NCBI GenBank assembly: GCA_029940115.1
Contig: JAOZRQ010000004.1
Span: 1 to 35,915 of the forward strand
Direction: 5' to 3'
Origin: Desulfobacterales bacterium
GTDB taxonomy: Bacteria > Desulfobacterota > Desulfobacteria > Desulfobacterales > 4be13
DNA: 35,915 nucleotides
How positions within the stretch are numbered: position 1 is the first letter of the stretch; each line of letters starts with the position of its first letter. The position numbers and the translations under genes are program-made. Below the pieces are notes generated by a model. That model did not search any database and was not told the origin of the DNA. It was given only the letters and a program-made list of their open reading frames with translations. Shown one piece after another: positions 34,487-35,915 of this stretch.

Positions 34487-34670
34487 TTGAAGGATGAAGG
34501 GATGAAGGATGAAGGATGAAGGATCCTTCACATTTCATCCTTCATCCTTCATATTTCATCCTTCACATTTCATCCTTCACATTTCATCCTTCATCCTTCA
34601 TATTTCATCCTTCATATTTCATCCTTCATATTTCATCCTTCACATTTCATCCTTCATATTTCATCCTTCT
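34487..34670. repeat. Inverted heptamer arrays: (GAAGGAT)n for 37 bp, then about 21 units of TCATCCT/TCACATT/TCATATT
   Basis: The palindromic centre is 'gaaggatccttc' at about 34515-34528. The right arm runs to 34670 and encodes the last residues (EKDEI) and the stop of the 34654 gene. Confidence 0.9.
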
Positions 34671-35355
34671 CATCAGATGCCTTGTAGATATCAATGATCT
34701 TGGTGCTTTCGATATAGTCACGGGTCTCATATTTGGTGATCCGCATCAGTTTCTTGGTGATCCTTCCCATCTTGTCTATCTGATCCTTGATTATTGAAAT
34801 GTATTCATATCGGGGATCATCCATGGTCATGTCATCCATCAGGAGCTGGGAAAACCCGAGCACGGACTGCATCGGCTGGTTGAGCTCATGGCAGACTGCG
34901 CCCGCCATTTCAAGAACCCCCTCAAGCTTCTCCTCCTCAAGCAACTTCCTCGTCAGCTCCTGTTGCGTCAGGGCCGACTTGATTCTTGCAAGCAATTCCA
35001 CTTTGTTGACCGGCTTTCTCACATAATCGGTTCCACCTGCCTCAAAGGCCTCCTGCAATGTGTGGTCATCGGTGTTCGCCGTGACAAAGACAACCGGGAT
35101 GTCCTTTGTCTCGGGCTTGCCACGAAGAATTCGGCAAACCTCATACCCGTCCATTTCGGGCATCATGATGTCGAGCAGAATCAGATCCGGAATCCCGCAC
35201 ATGTCCGTCCTTGACGTGGCGATCTCAAGGGCCTCGGATCCGCTCACGGCAACGCTGATCTCGTAAGTGCCGGCCAGTATCTCCACCAGCACCCGGATGT
35301 TCGCGGGCGCGTCGTCAACGATGAGAATGTTTGGCCTTTTCAAATTTTCACCCAT
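34654..35355 (-). CDS. Response-regulator receiver fused to a HisKA-like (DHp) domain, with no catalytic ATPase domain
   Basis: Receiver motifs: ILIVDDAPANIRVL, DLILLDIMMPEMDGYEV and DYVRKPV. The C-terminal H-box-like segment is MAGAVCHELNQPMQSVLGFSQLL. ATG at 35355 has the RBS 'ggaagga'. The track start at 35481 reads through GGGCAC repeats (GHGVGHGHGQGHG). Confidence 0.85.
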   Translation of the reverse strand: MGENLKRPNILIVDDAPANIRVLVEILAGTYEISVAVSGSEALEIATSRTDMCGIPDLILLDIMMPEMDGYEVCRILRGKPETKDIPVVFVTANTDDHTLQEAFEAGGTDYVRKPVNKVELLARIKSALTQQELTRKLLEEEKLEGVLEMAGAVCHELNQPMQSVLGFSQLLMDDMTMDDPRYEYISIIKDQIDKMGRITKKLMRITKYETRDYIESTKIIDIYKASDEKDEI

Positions 35356-35359
35356 TTTT

Positions 35360-35477
35360 CCTTCCCCGTGCCCCTGCCCGTGCCCGTGCCCGACCCCGTG
35401 CCCTGCCCCTGCCCGGTGTCGGGCAGAGGCAGGGGCACAGGCAAGGGCAGGGGAAAGGGCACGGGCAAGGGGCACGG
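35360..35477. repeat. Long imperfect palindrome of CGTGCCC/GGGCACG-type repeats between the STAS and receiver-DHp genes
   Basis: 'ccccgtgcccctgcccgtgcccgtgcccgaccccgtgccctgcccctgcccg', loop 'gtgt', then 'cgggcagaggcaggggcacaggcaagggcaggggaaagggcacgggcaaggggcacgg'. Confidence 0.85.
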
Positions 35478-35783
35478 TCATCTCGACATGATGAAGATGG
35501 TGTCCAGTTTCAGCATCTTGAACAGTTCAGAGACGGCCTCTGACATGTTTTCGATTCTTATCTCTCCTCCTCTCAGGGCGAGATCCTTGTAAAACAGCAA
35601 CAGCTTTCCAATGCCCGCGCTGCCGATGTGGGAGACCTTTCCAAAATCAAGGGTCAGTTCCTTCAGTGAGGACATGTTCAATTCACGAAAGCGGCGTTTG
35701 AGGATTTCGGATCCAGATTCATCTATCTTCCCCGCGACCACAAATTTTGCCCGCTCTCCCTCCTGAGTGATGGTCAATTCCAT
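35478..35783 (-). CDS. STAS-domain protein (SpoIIAA/RsbV-type anti-sigma-factor antagonist)
   Basis: LTLDFGKVSHIGSAGIGKLLLFYKDL follows the STAS pattern and has a candidate phospho-Ser in 'SHIGSAG'. ATG at 35783 lies 6 nt after 'ggag'. An upstream ATG at 35795 is also possible. Confidence 0.8.
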   Translation of the reverse strand: MELTITQEGERAKFVVAGKIDESGSEILKRRFRELNMSSLKELTLDFGKVSHIGSAGIGKLLLFYKDLALRGGEIRIENMSEAVSELFKMLKLDTIFIMSR

Positions 35784-35795
35784 GATAAGCTCCAT

Positions 35796-35915
35796 GTTTG
35801 GAAGGGTGAAGGGTCCATTTCATCCTTCATCCTTCACGTTTCATCCTTCACGTTTCATCCTTGATCCTTCACGTTTCATCCTTCACGTTTCATCCTTCAC
35901 GTTTCATCCTTCACG
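35796..35915. repeat. Heptamer array (TCATCCT/TCACGTT) upstream of the STAS gene, running off the window edge
   Basis: Direct read: 'catttcatccttcatccttcacgtttcatccttcacgtttcatcc...' with 7-nt periodicity. Confidence 0.9.

Noticed and set aside
35356-35481. N-terminal extensions of track ORFs into repeat arrays (35481, 23710, 34538, 32019, 22017, 9605, 7643, 6296)
   Set aside because: The extensions encode low-complexity repeat peptides (GHGVGHGHG, SFVSFVSFV, ILHPSSLHPS) or overlap neighbouring genes. In most cases an internal ATG with a good Shine-Dalgarno sequence fits the conserved N-terminus. The 31965 start lacks a clear RBS and remains uncertain.

Overview
The window is about 36 kb of bacterial chromosome. 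The gene content looks Desulfobacterota or delta-proteobacterial: cooC, an archaeal-type FMN glutamate-synthase domain protein, an MglA-type GTPase, and many two-component and partner-switching proteins. That taxonomic call is an inference only. I support 26 protein-coding genes and found no rRNA, tRNA or CRISPR locus. Housekeeping genes include recJ, hisI, Leu/Phe-type amino-acid dehydrogenase, a glutamate-synthase-like protein, cooC and a PNPOx-family protein. Signalling genes include a HAMP adenylate/guanylate cyclase, a receiver-PP2C phosphatase, a Cache/HisKA_3 kinase with two paralogous NarL-type regulators, a STAS protein with a receiver-DHp protein, and an mglA-like GTPase.

Two things stand out.

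(1) At 30046-34469 (minus strand) there is a two-gene McrBC-like module. The first protein has an unassigned N-terminal region of roughly 320 aa, a long coiled coil, and a McrB/AAA_5-type NTPase with a shortened N-x-D signature. The second is a DUF2357-like protein with a PD-(D/E)xK motif. This is the best candidate for an uncharacterised, CoCoNuT-like type IV-restriction-type defence system. A Ski2-like DExH helicase converges on it.

(2) Almost every intergenic spacer is built from repeats. There are at least four MITE-like families with terminal inverted repeats, and three of them show flanking direct repeats of 8-10 bp. Some are nested inside one another. There are also heptamer, hexamer and nonamer tandem arrays, often as inverted pairs that form long hairpins. 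These arrays abut start codons, supply stop codons, or sit between co-directional genes.

Many long ORFs in the supplied track are antisense shadows or repeat read-through and are rejected. All homology calls come from motif recognition by eye. No database search was run.
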